From NCBI GenBank assembly GCA_963663035.1, contig OY760074.1, positions 3,008,001-3,072,000 of the forward strand: 64,000 nt of DNA, written 5' to 3'. This stretch comes from Acidobacteriota bacterium. Lineage in GTDB: Bacteria > Acidobacteriota > UBA6911 > RPQK01 > JADFOI01. The position numbers and the translations under genes were made by a program. The notes under the pieces were generated by a model. That model made no database searches, had not been told where the DNA came from, and saw only the letters and a program-made list of their open reading frames with translations. Positions 19,549-29,394 of this stretch are shown here, one piece after another; positions within the stretch are counted from its first letter, which is position 1, and each line of letters opens with the position of its first letter.

Positions 19549-20664
19549 TTGGCGAAAAGAGACTTTTACGAAATACTGGGTGTCAATAACGATGCCGGTG
19601 AGCAGGAAATCAAGCGCGCTTACCGTAAATTAGCCATCCAATACCATCCCGATAAGAATGCTGGGAGTAAGGAAGCGGAGGAGAAATTCAAAGAGGCTGC
19701 CGAGGCCTATAGTGTCCTGAGTGACCGCGAAAAGAGAGCTCGCTACGATCGCTTCGGGCATGCCGGCGTCAGCTCTGGAGCTGGAGGATTTGAAGGATTC
19801 GATCCCGACACATTCTCCGATTTCAGCGACATTCTGGGTGATTTCTTTGGCTTCGGGGATGTCTTTGGAGGCTCCCGAAGACAATCAAACCGCCCCCGCC
19901 GCGGTGCCGATCTTCGATTCGACCTTGAGCTGAGTTTCGAAGAGGCGGTGTTTGGCATAAAGACGAAGATCAAGATTCCCCGCCAAGAGACTTGTACGAA
20001 CTGTCATGGCTCGGGAGCCGATCCGAAGCAAGGAACTACCACCTGCACCGCCTGTCAAGGACAAGGCACCGTTCGATACCAGCAAGGCTTCTTCACTATT
20101 CGTCAAACCTGCTCCACCTGCCGTGGTAGTGGACAACTGATCAAAAAGGCTTGTTCCCAGTGCAGAGGCGAAGGACAAGTCCGGAAAGAAAAAGTGCATG
20201 AGATCAAGATTCCCGCCGGAGTAGACGAAGGCTCTGTCTTGAGACTGGTCAGGGAAGGAGAGGCCGGGCCCAACAGCGGTCCCAGCGGGGACCTGAATAT
20301 CGTGATTTCAGTCGCAGAGCATCCCTTTTTTAAGCGCCACGACAACAACATTTATTGCGAGATACCGATCACTTTCTCCCAGGCCGCTCTGGGCGGAGAG
20401 ACTACTGTCCCTACAGTCGAGAAACCGGAGAAGATCAAAATTCCACCAGGAACCCAATCCGATACTGTCTTCCGCTTGAAAGGCCGAGGGATTGTGAGCG
20501 TTAACGGGCACGCCAAGGGGGATCAATTGGTACAGGTCAAAGTCGTGACCCCCACCAAATTGAATAAGGAACAAAAGGAACTCCTCCGCCAGCTGGATGC
20601 CATTTCAGGAACAGCCCAGGAATCGAGTAATCTCTTTGAAAAAGTCAAAGAGATGCTGAGCTAG
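19549..20664 (+). CDS. dnaJ: Chaperone DnaJ
   Basis: J domain HPD, G/F region, four CxxCxGxG repeats. Confidence 0.96.
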   Translation: MAKRDFYEILGVNNDAGEQEIKRAYRKLAIQYHPDKNAGSKEAEEKFKEAAEAYSVLSDREKRARYDRFGHAGVSSGAGGFEGFDPDTFSDFSDILGDFFGFGDVFGGSRRQSNRPRRGADLRFDLELSFEEAVFGIKTKIKIPRQETCTNCHGSGADPKQGTTTCTACQGQGTVRYQQGFFTIRQTCSTCRGSGQLIKKACSQCRGEGQVRKEKVHEIKIPAGVDEGSVLRLVREGEAGPNSGPSGDLNIVISVAEHPFFKRHDNNIYCEIPITFSQAALGGETTVPTVEKPEKIKIPPGTQSDTVFRLKGRGIVSVNGHAKGDQLVQVKVVTPTKLNKEQKELLRQLDAISGTAQESSNLFEKVKEMLS

Positions 20665-20711
20665 GCGAGAGCCTAGTGTCGCTTCCCGATTTCTGGTTCG
20701 AGGTTCTGGTG

Positions 20712-20833
20712 GCCGGTGTTCAGGAAGGTCAAGATCGAGGCCGCACAAGCCCTTCGACCGCAGGCGTAGCCTAAGCTACATCGAGGATCGAAGGGCGCGG
20801 GAAAAAAAAAGATTGGCCTTCCTGGACACCCGC
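20712..20833 (+). mobile_element. MITE-like element family D, copy D1 (uninterrupted)
   Basis: TIRs GCCGGTGTTCAGGAAGGTCA / TGGCCTTCCTGGACACCCGC; central hairpin CCGCAGGCGTAGC-CTAA-GCTACATCGAGGA; homologous to D2. Confidence 0.8.
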
Positions 20834-20846
20834 ACAAGAGACTGCA

Positions 20847-21586
20847 ATGTATCGTGCACTGATTCAGCTAGGCGATCAAGGACAAGTTACCCTTCCAGAA
20901 GATGAAGTGCATCATCTGATACGGGTACGCCGGGCCAGAGCTGGAGACCGCTTTGTGGGACTGGACGGCACAGGTAGAGTGTACCTGTGTTCTCTAGAGG
21001 AAACCCAGGAGGGGTGGCATGGCACCATTCTCAAGGAGTTGCAGGAGCAGGGGAAACCTCCTCTGCGAGTGACTTTGGCACAATCTCTCATCAAGAAAGA
21101 CAAGTTTGAGTGGGTCCTCCAAAAGGCAACTGAAGTCGGGGTCTCAGAAATCGTGCCTCTGATCACTGCCCGAACCGAGCTTCTGCTCAATCCCGAAAGA
21201 GAAGAAAGGAGGATGAAGCGCTGGCGCAAGATTCTGCTGGAGGCGGTCAAGCAGTGCGGTCGCGCTCAATCCCCCAACTGGCTAAGCCCACGGGGTTAAG
21301 GGAGTTTCTGTGTGCCTCATCAGAGGACTTCAAGCTTGTTCTTGATGAAATGGGGGGACTTCACTTGAAAGAGCTCATTGACGGCCATCGAGATGCCGTC
21401 TCCTGTTTGGTCATAGTGGGGCCCGAGGGCGGCTGGGATGAAAGCGATCGCCAGCTTCTCCGAGAGCAGGAAGTTCCCGCAGTAAACTTGGGAACTCGCA
21501 CCTTGCGGGCTGAGACGGCTCCCATAACAATACTTTCCATCCTTCAGTACGAGCTGGGGGATTTGTTCCCAACGACCCAGCCATGA
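20847..21586 (+). pseudogene. rsmE: 16S rRNA m3U1498 methyltransferase RsmE, split by a frameshift near 21263 (real or assembly error)
   Basis: ORF 20847-21299 has HHLIRVRR, QKATEVGV, EAVKQCGR; ORF 21254-21586 continues SIPQL...GPEGGW...LGTRTLRAETA in another frame. Confidence 0.8.
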
Positions 21587-22410
21587 GATACCTTCCATTG
21601 CTTCTCTTCCTCTTTCAACCTGCTCTGGTCTTCTCCCAGCAGCGACCCCTGGTGACGGAACGCGCGGAGACAGTCACACGGGGTCATATCCTTTTCGATA
21701 TCGGCCTCGAGTTCCTTCAGGATGCTGTTTTTGCTTTCTCAGGGCTGGAAGGGGATTTGACCAGAATCGGGGTGCTGGGGGCCCGCATCGGGGTGGCGGA
21801 TAACGTTGAACTTCAGGTTCTGGGAACCATCCAGAACACCCTAAACATCGAGAATCGCTTTCCGGCTCCCAACACCCCTCTCCTGAACTTCACGGGAAAC
21901 TCCACCAACGATGTGGGAGATTTTACCATGGCCACCAAAGTGCGCCTCACAGAAGAGGGGGAGAGGTGGCCGGCCATAGCGTCTCGGTTCGGCTTTAGCA
22001 TGCCCAATGCCTCCAACGAAAATGGGTTGGGTAATGATGAAATCGATGTCTTTTCCAGTCTTTTGTTTCAAAAGCACTTTGGAAAGCTTCAGGTTTTCAC
22101 GAATCTGGGCTTGGCCATCTTAGGAGACCCGGTTACCCCCGGAGCTCAAGACGACCTGTATACCTATGGCCTGGCAGGACTGTACCCGCTTGGTGACGGG
22201 ATCAATCTGGTGGTAGACGCTTATGGGCGGGTAGGAGCCGGAGGGATCGGGACCGAGGAGCAAACAAGGCTTCGCCTGGGGACCCAGATCAATGCGGCTG
22301 GACTGGTTTGGGATGTGGCCCTGGCCGTGGGTTTTCGAGACACAGATCCTTCCAGGGGACTCCTGCTAGGCGTGTCGAAGGACTTCAACTTCCCCCTGCT
22401 TGTGCGCTAG
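21583..22410 (+). CDS. Putative outer-membrane beta-barrel protein ('transporter' family)
   Basis: Signal peptide, QRPLVTE, VGDFTMATK, alternating beta-strand pattern. Confidence 0.6.
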   Translation: MRYLPLLLFLFQPALVFSQQRPLVTERAETVTRGHILFDIGLEFLQDAVFAFSGLEGDLTRIGVLGARIGVADNVELQVLGTIQNTLNIENRFPAPNTPLLNFTGNSTNDVGDFTMATKVRLTEEGERWPAIASRFGFSMPNASNENGLGNDEIDVFSSLLFQKHFGKLQVFTNLGLAILGDPVTPGAQDDLYTYGLAGLYPLGDGINLVVDAYGRVGAGGIGTEEQTRLRLGTQINAAGLVWDVALAVGFRDTDPSRGLLLGVSKDFNFPLLVR

Positions 22411-22806
22411 CGGGTGTTCAGGGAGGTCAGGATCGAGGCCGCACAAGCCCTTCGACCGCAGGCGTAGCCAAAGTACTCCCTTTCATCAATACGGCAACGT
22501 TTGCGGGTGGGGCTTGCGAGGCGAGGTCGCGAAGGGAGGAGAAGGCGATGTCAGGGACATCGACGACGACGAGAGCCAAAGAGATCGCCCGCAACCTCCA
22601 TTCGCCAAAAGGGTTGGGACGGGACGGGCCCATCTCTTTGTTGCTCCTCCTCGGCGATGTCAGGGACATCGACTCGTCGTCGCGCCTCGATCTGGGCTCC
22701 GTCGCGTTCCCAACAAACGTTATCGTATTGATGAAAGTGAGTACTAAGCTACGTCGAGGATCGAAGGGCGCGGAGAACGAAGAGCCTGGCCTTCCTGGAC
22801 ACCCGC
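22410..22806 (+). mobile_element. MITE-like element family D, copy D2, interrupted by C3
   Basis: Ends GCGGGTGTTCAGGGAGG / CCTTCCTGGACACCCGC, flanked by a GCTA direct repeat; both halves match D1. Confidence 0.85.
22472..22745 (+). mobile_element. MITE-like element family C, copy C3, nested in the hairpin loop of D2
   Basis: TIRs AGTACTCCCTTTCATCAATACG / CGTATTGATGAAAGTGAGTACT. Confidence 0.87.
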
Positions 22807-22810
22807 GCTA

Positions 22811-23020
22811 AGCCCGCATTTCTCATACCAGTTCGTCACGAAGCGGCGGAAGGGACGGCCTGACAAGGCGCGCGAGGGGTTCCCGCTTGCGGGTCGACCC
22901 CCGCAAACGTACTCTTGAGTACGTTGAGGAGGCCGAGGGGTTCCCGCTTGCGGGTCGTGCAACGCAGTCAGGTCGGATCATTGCGCCGATGCAGTAGAAC
23001 GGGTGTGAGAAGTGCGGGCT
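22811..23020 (+). mobile_element. MITE-like element family AB (B-type ends), copy B1
   Basis: TIRs AGCCCGCATTTCTCA / TGAGAAGTGCGGGCT; abuts the nrdJ stop. Confidence 0.85.
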
Positions 23021-25729
23021 TTAACTGCAACCTGAGGTACTGCCACAGACAGTGCAAATGTAGCAGTTGCCATTCCGCTGCATCAGATTCCCGCAAGTCA
23101 GGCAGGTGTGGGATTCTCTGGCACTATCCTGAATCAGCCGCTGGGCGGCACGGGTGGCCTCGGGCAAAGCAGCCTGGTCCGAGAAAGTCACCTGTACGCC
23201 GCCCTGGACACTACCATTCGGTTTCACGTTGTGGATTCCCAGGGCTTCCTGAACCTCAAGGCTGAGAAATTGGGTGGCCAGAAAACGGACCACATAGTCG
23301 GGAATTGAGGTGGCGAACGGAATTTGAGTATTGTCGGTAAATCCAGCAGGCTCGAAACTCATATGAGCAAAGATCCGCACGTAGTCCTCCAGTGGCACAC
23401 CACGCTGCAGGCCCATTGAGATGGCAACGGCCCAAGCCATGGTCATGCCCTGGAGAGTGGAGCCTTGTTTGGCAAAATTGAGGAAGATTTCACCCAACTG
23501 TTTGTCTTCCGGGTACATACCCATGGTCAGATAACCCTTGAAGCCCTTGATTCGAAACTCGTGCTGCAGGGCCGGGTGATCCTTGGGCATGTTGCGTTGC
23601 TGCGGTACGTTCACCGGTTGAAGTTTTTCCTTGTTAGAGAGCGGCTGTACCATCTTGCATCCATCGCGATAGATGGACACTGATTTCATCCCGTGTCTCC
23701 AGCCCTCAATGTAGGCCTCCATGATCTCTTCCACCGAGGCCTCGTTGGGGAGATTAATGGTCTTGGAAATAGCGCCCGACAGAAAGGGCTGAACGGCTCC
23801 GCACATCTTAATGTGTCCAAGATATTGAATGGAACGACTTCCCATGGCAGGCCGATCAGCACAGTCAAAAACGGCTACGTGCTCCTCTTTCAAGTGAGGG
23901 GCACCCTCGATCATCTCCTGCTTCTCGACATACTTCAGGATTTCGTCGATCTCTTCCTGCGGATAGCCCAGTCTCTTGACAGCTCGAGAAATCGTGTTGT
24001 TCACGATTTTCAGGTTTCCTCCACCCACCAGTTTCTTGACTTTAACCAGTGAAAAGTCGGGCTCCACACCCGTTGTATCACAGTCCATCATGAAGGCAAT
24101 GGTCCCGGTGGGAGCCAGGAGGGTGACCTGGGCATTTCGGTATCCATGCTCGGAACCCTCCACGATAGCCTGATCCCACGCCTCCATAGCGGCGTGCAGA
24201 AGCTCCATGGGAACCAAGGCAGAGTCGATTCCAGAGAGAGCTTCCCGATGCTTATGAATGACGCGCATGGTGGTAAGCCGATTTTTCTCAAAGCCAGCGA
24301 AAGCGCCCTTCTGCTCGGCGATCTCGGCACTGGTCAAATAGGCCTGACCGGTCATCAGAGCTGTAATCGCAGCAGAGAGATTCCGAGCTTGATCACTATC
24401 GTAGGGAAGGCCGGAAGCCATCAGCAGCGCACCCAGATTGGCAAATCCCAACCCCAAAGTCCGGTAGTCGTGGCTGATTCTCGTGATTTCCGGGGTGGGG
24501 TAGGAGGAGTTGTCAACAATGATCTCCTGCGCCAGGATCATGATTTGAACTGCTCGGCGGAAAGCCTGAATGTCGAATTGACCCTCCTCCTTCACGAACT
24601 TCATCAGGTTCAGCGAGGACAGGTTACAGGCTGAATTGTCCAGGAAGACGTATTCTGAGCAGGGATTGGAGGCGTTGATGGGGCCACTATTGGGACAGGT
24701 GTGCCAGTCATTCAGGGTCGTGTAGAACTGAAGACCTGGATCGCCACAAATCCAGGTTGCCTTTGCGATCCACTGCATCATCTCGCGGGCTTTGTAGGTA
24801 TCAACTACCTCACCACTTGTGACCTTACAGGTTTTCCATTCTTTTTCATTGACCACGGCCTCCATAAACTCGTTGGTCACGCTGACACTATTATTGGCAT
24901 TTTGAAACTGGACGCTCTGGTAGGCTTCTCCATCGATGGAGTCGTCGTATCCGAGCTGGATCAGTTTGTGAGCCTTTTCTTCCTCCCGAGCCTTACTCCA
25001 GATATATTCCTTAATATCCGGATGATCCGCGTTTAGAATGACCATCTTAGCGGCTCTTCGTGTGGCTCCGCCCGACTTGATGGCCCCGGCAAAACTGTCA
25101 TACCCTCTCATGAAAGAAACGGGTCCTGAAGCAAAGCCCCCCACGGCCAAGGGCTCCACTGAAGAACGGATATTCGACAGGTTCACACCGGAACCAGACC
25201 CTCCTTTGAAAATATGGGCCTCGGTTTTGGCCAGCTTCATGATGGAGCCCATATTGTCTTGGACGCTATTGATAAAGCAGGCCGAACACTGAGGATTCCT
25301 CTTGATACCCATGTTGAACTGTACCGGGCTATTGAAGGCGGCCATTTGATGCAGAAGTAAATAAGACAGCTCGTGAGTGAAGGTTTGAGCATCCTTAGTG
25401 GAGGCGAAGTAGTTCCCCTTCTTGCCCCAAACGGTCAGGGTGTCAACAATCCGCCCGATGAGCTGCTTGACACTGTGCTCCCGCTTGGGACTTCCGAGAT
25501 GACCACGGAAATATTTGCTGGCTACTATGTCCGTCGCCCGTTGGGTCCAAAATTGAGGGAATTCCAGGTCCTCTTGTCGAAAAGCGATCTTGCCAGTTTC
25601 AAAATCCTTGATTTCGGCGGTCCGAGTCTCCCACTTGACATCGTCAAAAGGGTGTCTTCCCTTTTGGCTAAAGTAGGGTTCGATGGTGAGACCAGTAGAC
25701 ACTTCCGCTTTCCCGACAGCCTTTTTCAT
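23021..25729 (-). CDS. nrdJ: Vitamin B12-dependent (class II) ribonucleotide reductase
   Basis: FNSPV, CSACFI, GGSGSG, GGATRRAAKM, SNPCSEY, ACNLSSLN, APTGTI, GAISKTIN, C-terminal Zn ribbon and GSTSGCS; alternative start 25747. Confidence 0.94.
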   Translation of the reverse strand: MKKAVGKAEVSTGLTIEPYFSQKGRHPFDDVKWETRTAEIKDFETGKIAFRQEDLEFPQFWTQRATDIVASKYFRGHLGSPKREHSVKQLIGRIVDTLTVWGKKGNYFASTKDAQTFTHELSYLLLHQMAAFNSPVQFNMGIKRNPQCSACFINSVQDNMGSIMKLAKTEAHIFKGGSGSGVNLSNIRSSVEPLAVGGFASGPVSFMRGYDSFAGAIKSGGATRRAAKMVILNADHPDIKEYIWSKAREEEKAHKLIQLGYDDSIDGEAYQSVQFQNANNSVSVTNEFMEAVVNEKEWKTCKVTSGEVVDTYKAREMMQWIAKATWICGDPGLQFYTTLNDWHTCPNSGPINASNPCSEYVFLDNSACNLSSLNLMKFVKEEGQFDIQAFRRAVQIMILAQEIIVDNSSYPTPEITRISHDYRTLGLGFANLGALLMASGLPYDSDQARNLSAAITALMTGQAYLTSAEIAEQKGAFAGFEKNRLTTMRVIHKHREALSGIDSALVPMELLHAAMEAWDQAIVEGSEHGYRNAQVTLLAPTGTIAFMMDCDTTGVEPDFSLVKVKKLVGGGNLKIVNNTISRAVKRLGYPQEEIDEILKYVEKQEMIEGAPHLKEEHVAVFDCADRPAMGSRSIQYLGHIKMCGAVQPFLSGAISKTINLPNEASVEEIMEAYIEGWRHGMKSVSIYRDGCKMVQPLSNKEKLQPVNVPQQRNMPKDHPALQHEFRIKGFKGYLTMGMYPEDKQLGEIFLNFAKQGSTLQGMTMAWAVAISMGLQRGVPLEDYVRIFAHMSFEPAGFTDNTQIPFATSIPDYVVRFLATQFLSLEVQEALGIHNVKPNGSVQGGVQVTFSDQAALPEATRAAQRLIQDSARESHTCLTCGNLMQRNGNCYICTVCGSTSGCS

Positions 25730-25843
25730 TAATTTCTTCCCTTCCAAGGATTAGGTTCCGGGTTATCCGGTGCGGCCCATTCTAGATGGGGACCCTGACG
25801 ATCCAGACATCACCAGAACCGATCTCTCAAAAATCTCTTTGAA

Positions 25844-25891
25844 GCTCAGGATATAGCGGTTATTTCACTACAATTATACTAAATATGGTGT
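25844..25891 (-). promoter_or_regulatory. Tandem NrdR boxes and -10 element upstream of nrdJ
   Basis: Minus strand ACACCATATTTAGTAT (25891-25876) and CCGCTATATCCTGAGC (25859-25844), 32 bp apart, similar to consensus acaCwAtATaTwGtg; TATAAT overlaps box 1. Confidence 0.7.
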
Positions 25892-25896
25892 TGTTA

Positions 25897-26102
25897 AGCC
25901 CGCACTTCTCACACCCGTTCTACTGCATCGTCGCAATGCCTCGACCTGACTGCGTTGCACGACCCGCACGCCAGTGCGGGTACCCCTCGCGCGCCAGTCG
26001 GGCCCGCAGGCTTTAGCCTGCGGGCCCGTGGGCTAAAGCCCACGGCTCTGTTTTCCGGCCCTTCCGCTGCTTCGCTACGACCTGGTGTGAGAAATGCGGG
26101 CT
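25897..26102 (-). mobile_element. MITE-like element family AB (B-type ends), copy B2
   Basis: TIRs AGCCCGCACTTCTCAC / GTGAGAAATGCGGGCT; TAA repeated at both junctions; contains the GGCTTTAGCC hairpin module. Confidence 0.85.
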
Positions 26103-26386
26103 AAGCGATCGACGAGTTCCTCTCTTGAGAGCCCTCGGATTGTGACAGTTTTATTGCGGGAATGCTGTCCTTGGATCAGGGAGAGATTTTTGGCAGGCAA
26201 CTCCAAAGAGCGGGCCAAGAAGCTCAGAAGTTCACGATTGGCACGGTCTTTCAGGGGAGGAGCAGCCAGGCGAACCTTCAAGGCGCCATTGTATGAACCG
26301 CTGATTTGGCTCTTCGCCGCTAGTGGCTGGACCCGCACTGGCAACAGAAGCATTCCCGATCTTTCGCTGATCTCTACCTCATCCAT
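26075..26386 (-). CDS. DUF167/YggU family protein
   Basis: VRVQP.A, LKVRLAAPP..DRANREL, GQHSRNK; last 8 residues come from element B2. Confidence 0.85.
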   Translation of the reverse strand: MDEVEISERSGMLLLPVRVQPLAAKSQISGSYNGALKVRLAAPPLKDRANRELLSFLARSLELPAKNLSLIQGQHSRNKTVTIRGLSREELVDRLARISHTRS

Positions 26387-27068
26387 CACGTGAACCAAAA
26401 ATGGCAGTGCCAATTCTCACCAAGGTGGCTCCTTCTTCGATGGCGATCTGGTAGTCGTGACTCATCCCCATGGAGAGTTCCCGCAGGGGTTGCTGGCGAC
26501 TCCTGTTAATCTCAGCCAAAAGCTCTGCCATTTGACGAAAGTAGGGACGAGAGGCTTCTGCCTCTTCATGATAGGGAGGAATGGTCATCAGGCCCTGCAG
26601 CTCCAATCTGGGCATCGAATCCACCAGTTCCACCATGCCGGCCAAATCTTGAGGAAGGATGCCGTGTTTTTGAGGTTCTGCTCCACTTTTGACTTCAAGA
26701 AACACAAGCAGTGTCCTCCCTAACTCCTCCGCACATCGGTTGAGCCTGTCTACAATCTTTTGCCTGTCCAAGGTTTGGATGACATCGAAAAGTTGGGCCG
26801 CACGTCTCACCTTGTTCGATTGCAAGGGACCGATCAAGTGCCAGGCAAGACCACTGTGGTTGACTAAAGGGATCTTTTCCTCTGCTTCCTGAACACGGTT
26901 CTCCCCAAAGAGAGTCTGTCCCGAGGCATAGGCTTGCCTGACGCAATCAGCAGGGAAGGTTTTGGAAACCGCCAGAACCCGGATTTCTTCGGGATTACGG
27001 CGGCAGGCAAGAGCGATGGATCGGACTTCCTCGCGCACTCGCTCGAGATTGGAGGCAACATCAACCAC
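26379..27068 (-). CDS. yggS: PLP homeostasis protein YggS
   Basis: LAVSK, FGENRVQE, WHLIGPLQSNK, GLMTIP, LSMGMS.D, VRIGTAIFG; start trimmed to GTG 27068. Confidence 0.92.
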   Translation of the reverse strand: MVDVASNLERVREEVRSIALACRRNPEEIRVLAVSKTFPADCVRQAYASGQTLFGENRVQEAEEKIPLVNHSGLAWHLIGPLQSNKVRRAAQLFDVIQTLDRQKIVDRLNRCAEELGRTLLVFLEVKSGAEPQKHGILPQDLAGMVELVDSMPRLELQGLMTIPPYHEEAEASRPYFRQMAELLAEINRSRQQPLRELSMGMSHDYQIAIEEGATLVRIGTAIFGSRDG

Positions 27069-27108
27069 AGGCGTAAGTATACCGAATTGCCTGTGGTAGT
27101 ATGCACTT

Positions 27109-27747
27109 GTGCCTGGCAAATTCATCACGCTGGAAGGGATTGAAGGCTCTGGCAAGACCGTGCAAATGGGCCTTCTGGAAGAAGAGTTGGGGAGGCGCGA
27201 GATTCGTTTCATGACCACGCAACAGCCCGGAGGAACACCCTTTGGGAAGGAAGTCCGTCGAATTCTCTTGCACAAAGATGGTGCCGACCGTGAACCGATG
27301 GCGGAGCTGCTGCTCTACCTGGCCGATCGCTTTCAACACCTCAAAGAAGTTATCGAACCGGCCTTGATCCAGGGTCTTCATGTCATTTGTGACCGTTATC
27401 ATGACGCCACTCTCGCCTACCAAGGGCATGCTCGGGGCATCGGCTTCACGACCGTCGATCAATTAGCTGAGATCTTGCAAGTCAGACAACCAGACCTGAC
27501 TCTGGTTCTGGACCTGGAAGTGGAACTCGGTCTGAAGCGAGCATGTGAGAGAAATCAAAAGGAAAACAGTGAGACATGGGGGAGGTTTGAAGAGGAGGAT
27601 TTGGAATTTCACCGCAGGGTAAGAGAAGGCTATCAGCTCCTGGCCAGAAGGGATCCCGATCGAGTACTACTGGTAAACGCTTCGCAAACTCAGGAAGCGG
27701 TTTTCCAGGAACTTCTGAGTCTGCTTGAGCAGCAAGGGATTCAATGA
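27109..27747 (+). CDS. tmk: Thymidylate kinase
   Basis: LEGIEGSGKT, CDRY, AYQG, PDLT. Confidence 0.95.
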   Translation: MPGKFITLEGIEGSGKTVQMGLLEEELGRREIRFMTTQQPGGTPFGKEVRRILLHKDGADREPMAELLLYLADRFQHLKEVIEPALIQGLHVICDRYHDATLAYQGHARGIGFTTVDQLAEILQVRQPDLTLVLDLEVELGLKRACERNQKENSETWGRFEEEDLEFHRRVREGYQLLARRDPDRVLLVNASQTQEAVFQELLSLLEQQGIQ

Positions 27748-28754
27748 GACTGAGCAATTTTGTTGGCAATCACCGCATCGTTGCACTCCTGCGCCGCGGT
27801 CGCCTTCCCCAAGCAAGCCTTTTCACGGGTCCCGAGGGCGTCGGAAAAAAGACCCTCGGATTGAGCCTGGCTGCCTTAGCCAGCTGTAAGGATCCGGCAG
27901 GAGCTGAGCTGTGCGGAAAGTGCTCTTCCTGTGTAAAGGCGGCAGCCGGCTATCATCCGGACATCCTGCTTTTCCAACCCCACAAGAATCTCATCCGAAT
28001 TGAGGCGATGCGCAAGCTCAACCGGGAAGTCCACTTTCGGCCCTTCGAAGGGCGCCTTCGGTTTTTCATCATTGATCAAGCGGAAACCCTGACCGAAAAG
28101 GCCGCCAATTGCATTTTGAAGACAGTCGAGGAACCTCCCGAGACCTCGCGTATTCTTCTGATCAGTGCTTTTCCTCACCGCCTCCTCCTCACCCTGCGCT
28201 CACGCTGCCAGGTCTTCTCTTTCCGCCCTTTAGATCGGAAAGCAATTCAGGGGTGCCTGGAAAATCATTTGAAAACGGATAATTTGGAAATGCGAGCCGC
28301 CTTGGCCGAAGGAAGCATCGCCAAAGCCCTGGAGCTGGATCTTGAAGAGACTCTCGAGCGACGGGATCGTATGCTGGAACTGTTGACCTCCTGGTGTCGG
28401 CAGGAGTCATTCGAAGTCCTATACAAGAGTTGTGAAGAACCCCCTTTGAGAAGCGAGCTCAAAACGCGCGAGGGTGTTCGAGGCTATCTGGATCTGCTAC
28501 AACGACTCGGAGAAGATCTGTATTTCCTTCAAGTGAGCACCCCTGAACGGCTGGTCAATCGGGATCGAATGGAAAATCTGAAGGAACTTTCAGAAGACCT
28601 CGAGTTGAATTGGGTGAGGGAGTTCCTCTACCATGTGGACCAGTCGAGATGGGAGATCGACCATTACGTGAATCCGCTAATGTGTTTTGAGACACTTTGG
28701 CTCATGAGTTCTGGAAAGCATTCCAATGTTGGAAATCGTTACGGTCAAGTTTGA
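27744..28754 (+). CDS. holB: DNA polymerase III delta' subunit
   Basis: GPEGVGKK, CGKCSSC, HPD, ANCILKTVEEP, SRC; follows tmk. Confidence 0.9.
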   Translation: MRLSNFVGNHRIVALLRRGRLPQASLFTGPEGVGKKTLGLSLAALASCKDPAGAELCGKCSSCVKAAAGYHPDILLFQPHKNLIRIEAMRKLNREVHFRPFEGRLRFFIIDQAETLTEKAANCILKTVEEPPETSRILLISAFPHRLLLTLRSRCQVFSFRPLDRKAIQGCLENHLKTDNLEMRAALAEGSIAKALELDLEETLERRDRMLELLTSWCRQESFEVLYKSCEEPPLRSELKTREGVRGYLDLLQRLGEDLYFLQVSTPERLVNRDRMENLKELSEDLELNWVREFLYHVDQSRWEIDHYVNPLMCFETLWLMSSGKHSNVGNRYGQV

Positions 28755-29394
28755 GACCAATAAGACAACTGCCAACCTTTTGGCCCGTGACGTAGAGCTG
28801 CGGGTAGGTGATCGCTGCATCGTGAGCACCAAGCGGGGGGTTGAGCTGGGTCTTGTGATCAATGGACGCAAGGCTGAGAATCTTGATCTGGGTGAGTCCA
28901 AAGTGAATAAGGCTCTGAGGAAAGCGACTGAACGGGACCTTTATCTTCATGAGAAGAAGAAAGACCAAGAGGCTCACGCCCAGCAATTATGCAGGAAATT
29001 GATTAGAGCCCAGAAGCTCCCCATGAAGCTCTCCAAAACTGAGTATATCTTTGACGGCAGCCGGGTCATTTTCTATTTTACCTCAACGCGGCGTGTTGAT
29101 TTTCGAGAGCTGGTGAAAGGCTTGGCTCGTCGATTGCGGGCCCGAATCGAAATGCGCCAGATTGGTGCACGTGATGAGGCCAAGTTAATTGGTGGAATGG
29201 GGTGCTGCGGTCTAGGTGAAAACTGCTCTGCCAAGTTCTTGAAGGAATTAAGATCTGTCAGTGTCCGGGCAGCCAAGGAACAAGGTCTGACGGTGAACCC
29301 TGGCCGTTTATCCGGCATGTGTGGGCGACTGAAGTGCTGCCTGAATTATGAGGTCAATGCTACGGGCAGCTGTGGGAGTGGAGCCTGCGGTTAG
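28726..29394 (+). CDS. PSP1-domain protein (YaaT/RicT-like, Cys-rich)
   Basis: FYFT..RVDFRELV, IEMRQIG.RDEA, SGMCGRLKCCL.YE. Confidence 0.88.
   Translation: MLEIVTVKFETNKTTANLLARDVELRVGDRCIVSTKRGVELGLVINGRKAENLDLGESKVNKALRKATERDLYLHEKKKDQEAHAQQLCRKLIRAQKLPMKLSKTEYIFDGSRVIFYFTSTRRVDFRELVKGLARRLRARIEMRQIGARDEAKLIGGMGCCGLGENCSAKFLKELRSVSVRAAKEQGLTVNPGRLSGMCGRLKCCLNYEVNATGSCGSGACG

Noticed and set aside
17777-20664. dnaK missing from hrcA-grpE-dnaJ
   Set aside because: Split dnaK loci are common, and dnaK is probably elsewhere in the genome.
20673-20690. CTAGTGTCGCTTCCC, resembling the C1 left end
   Set aside because: Too short, with no convincing right end or interior.
23021-25890. Intein in nrdJ or a cobalamin riboswitch upstream
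   Set aside because: Motif spacing and length are normal, and the leader shows NrdR-like boxes but no recognisable B12-box.
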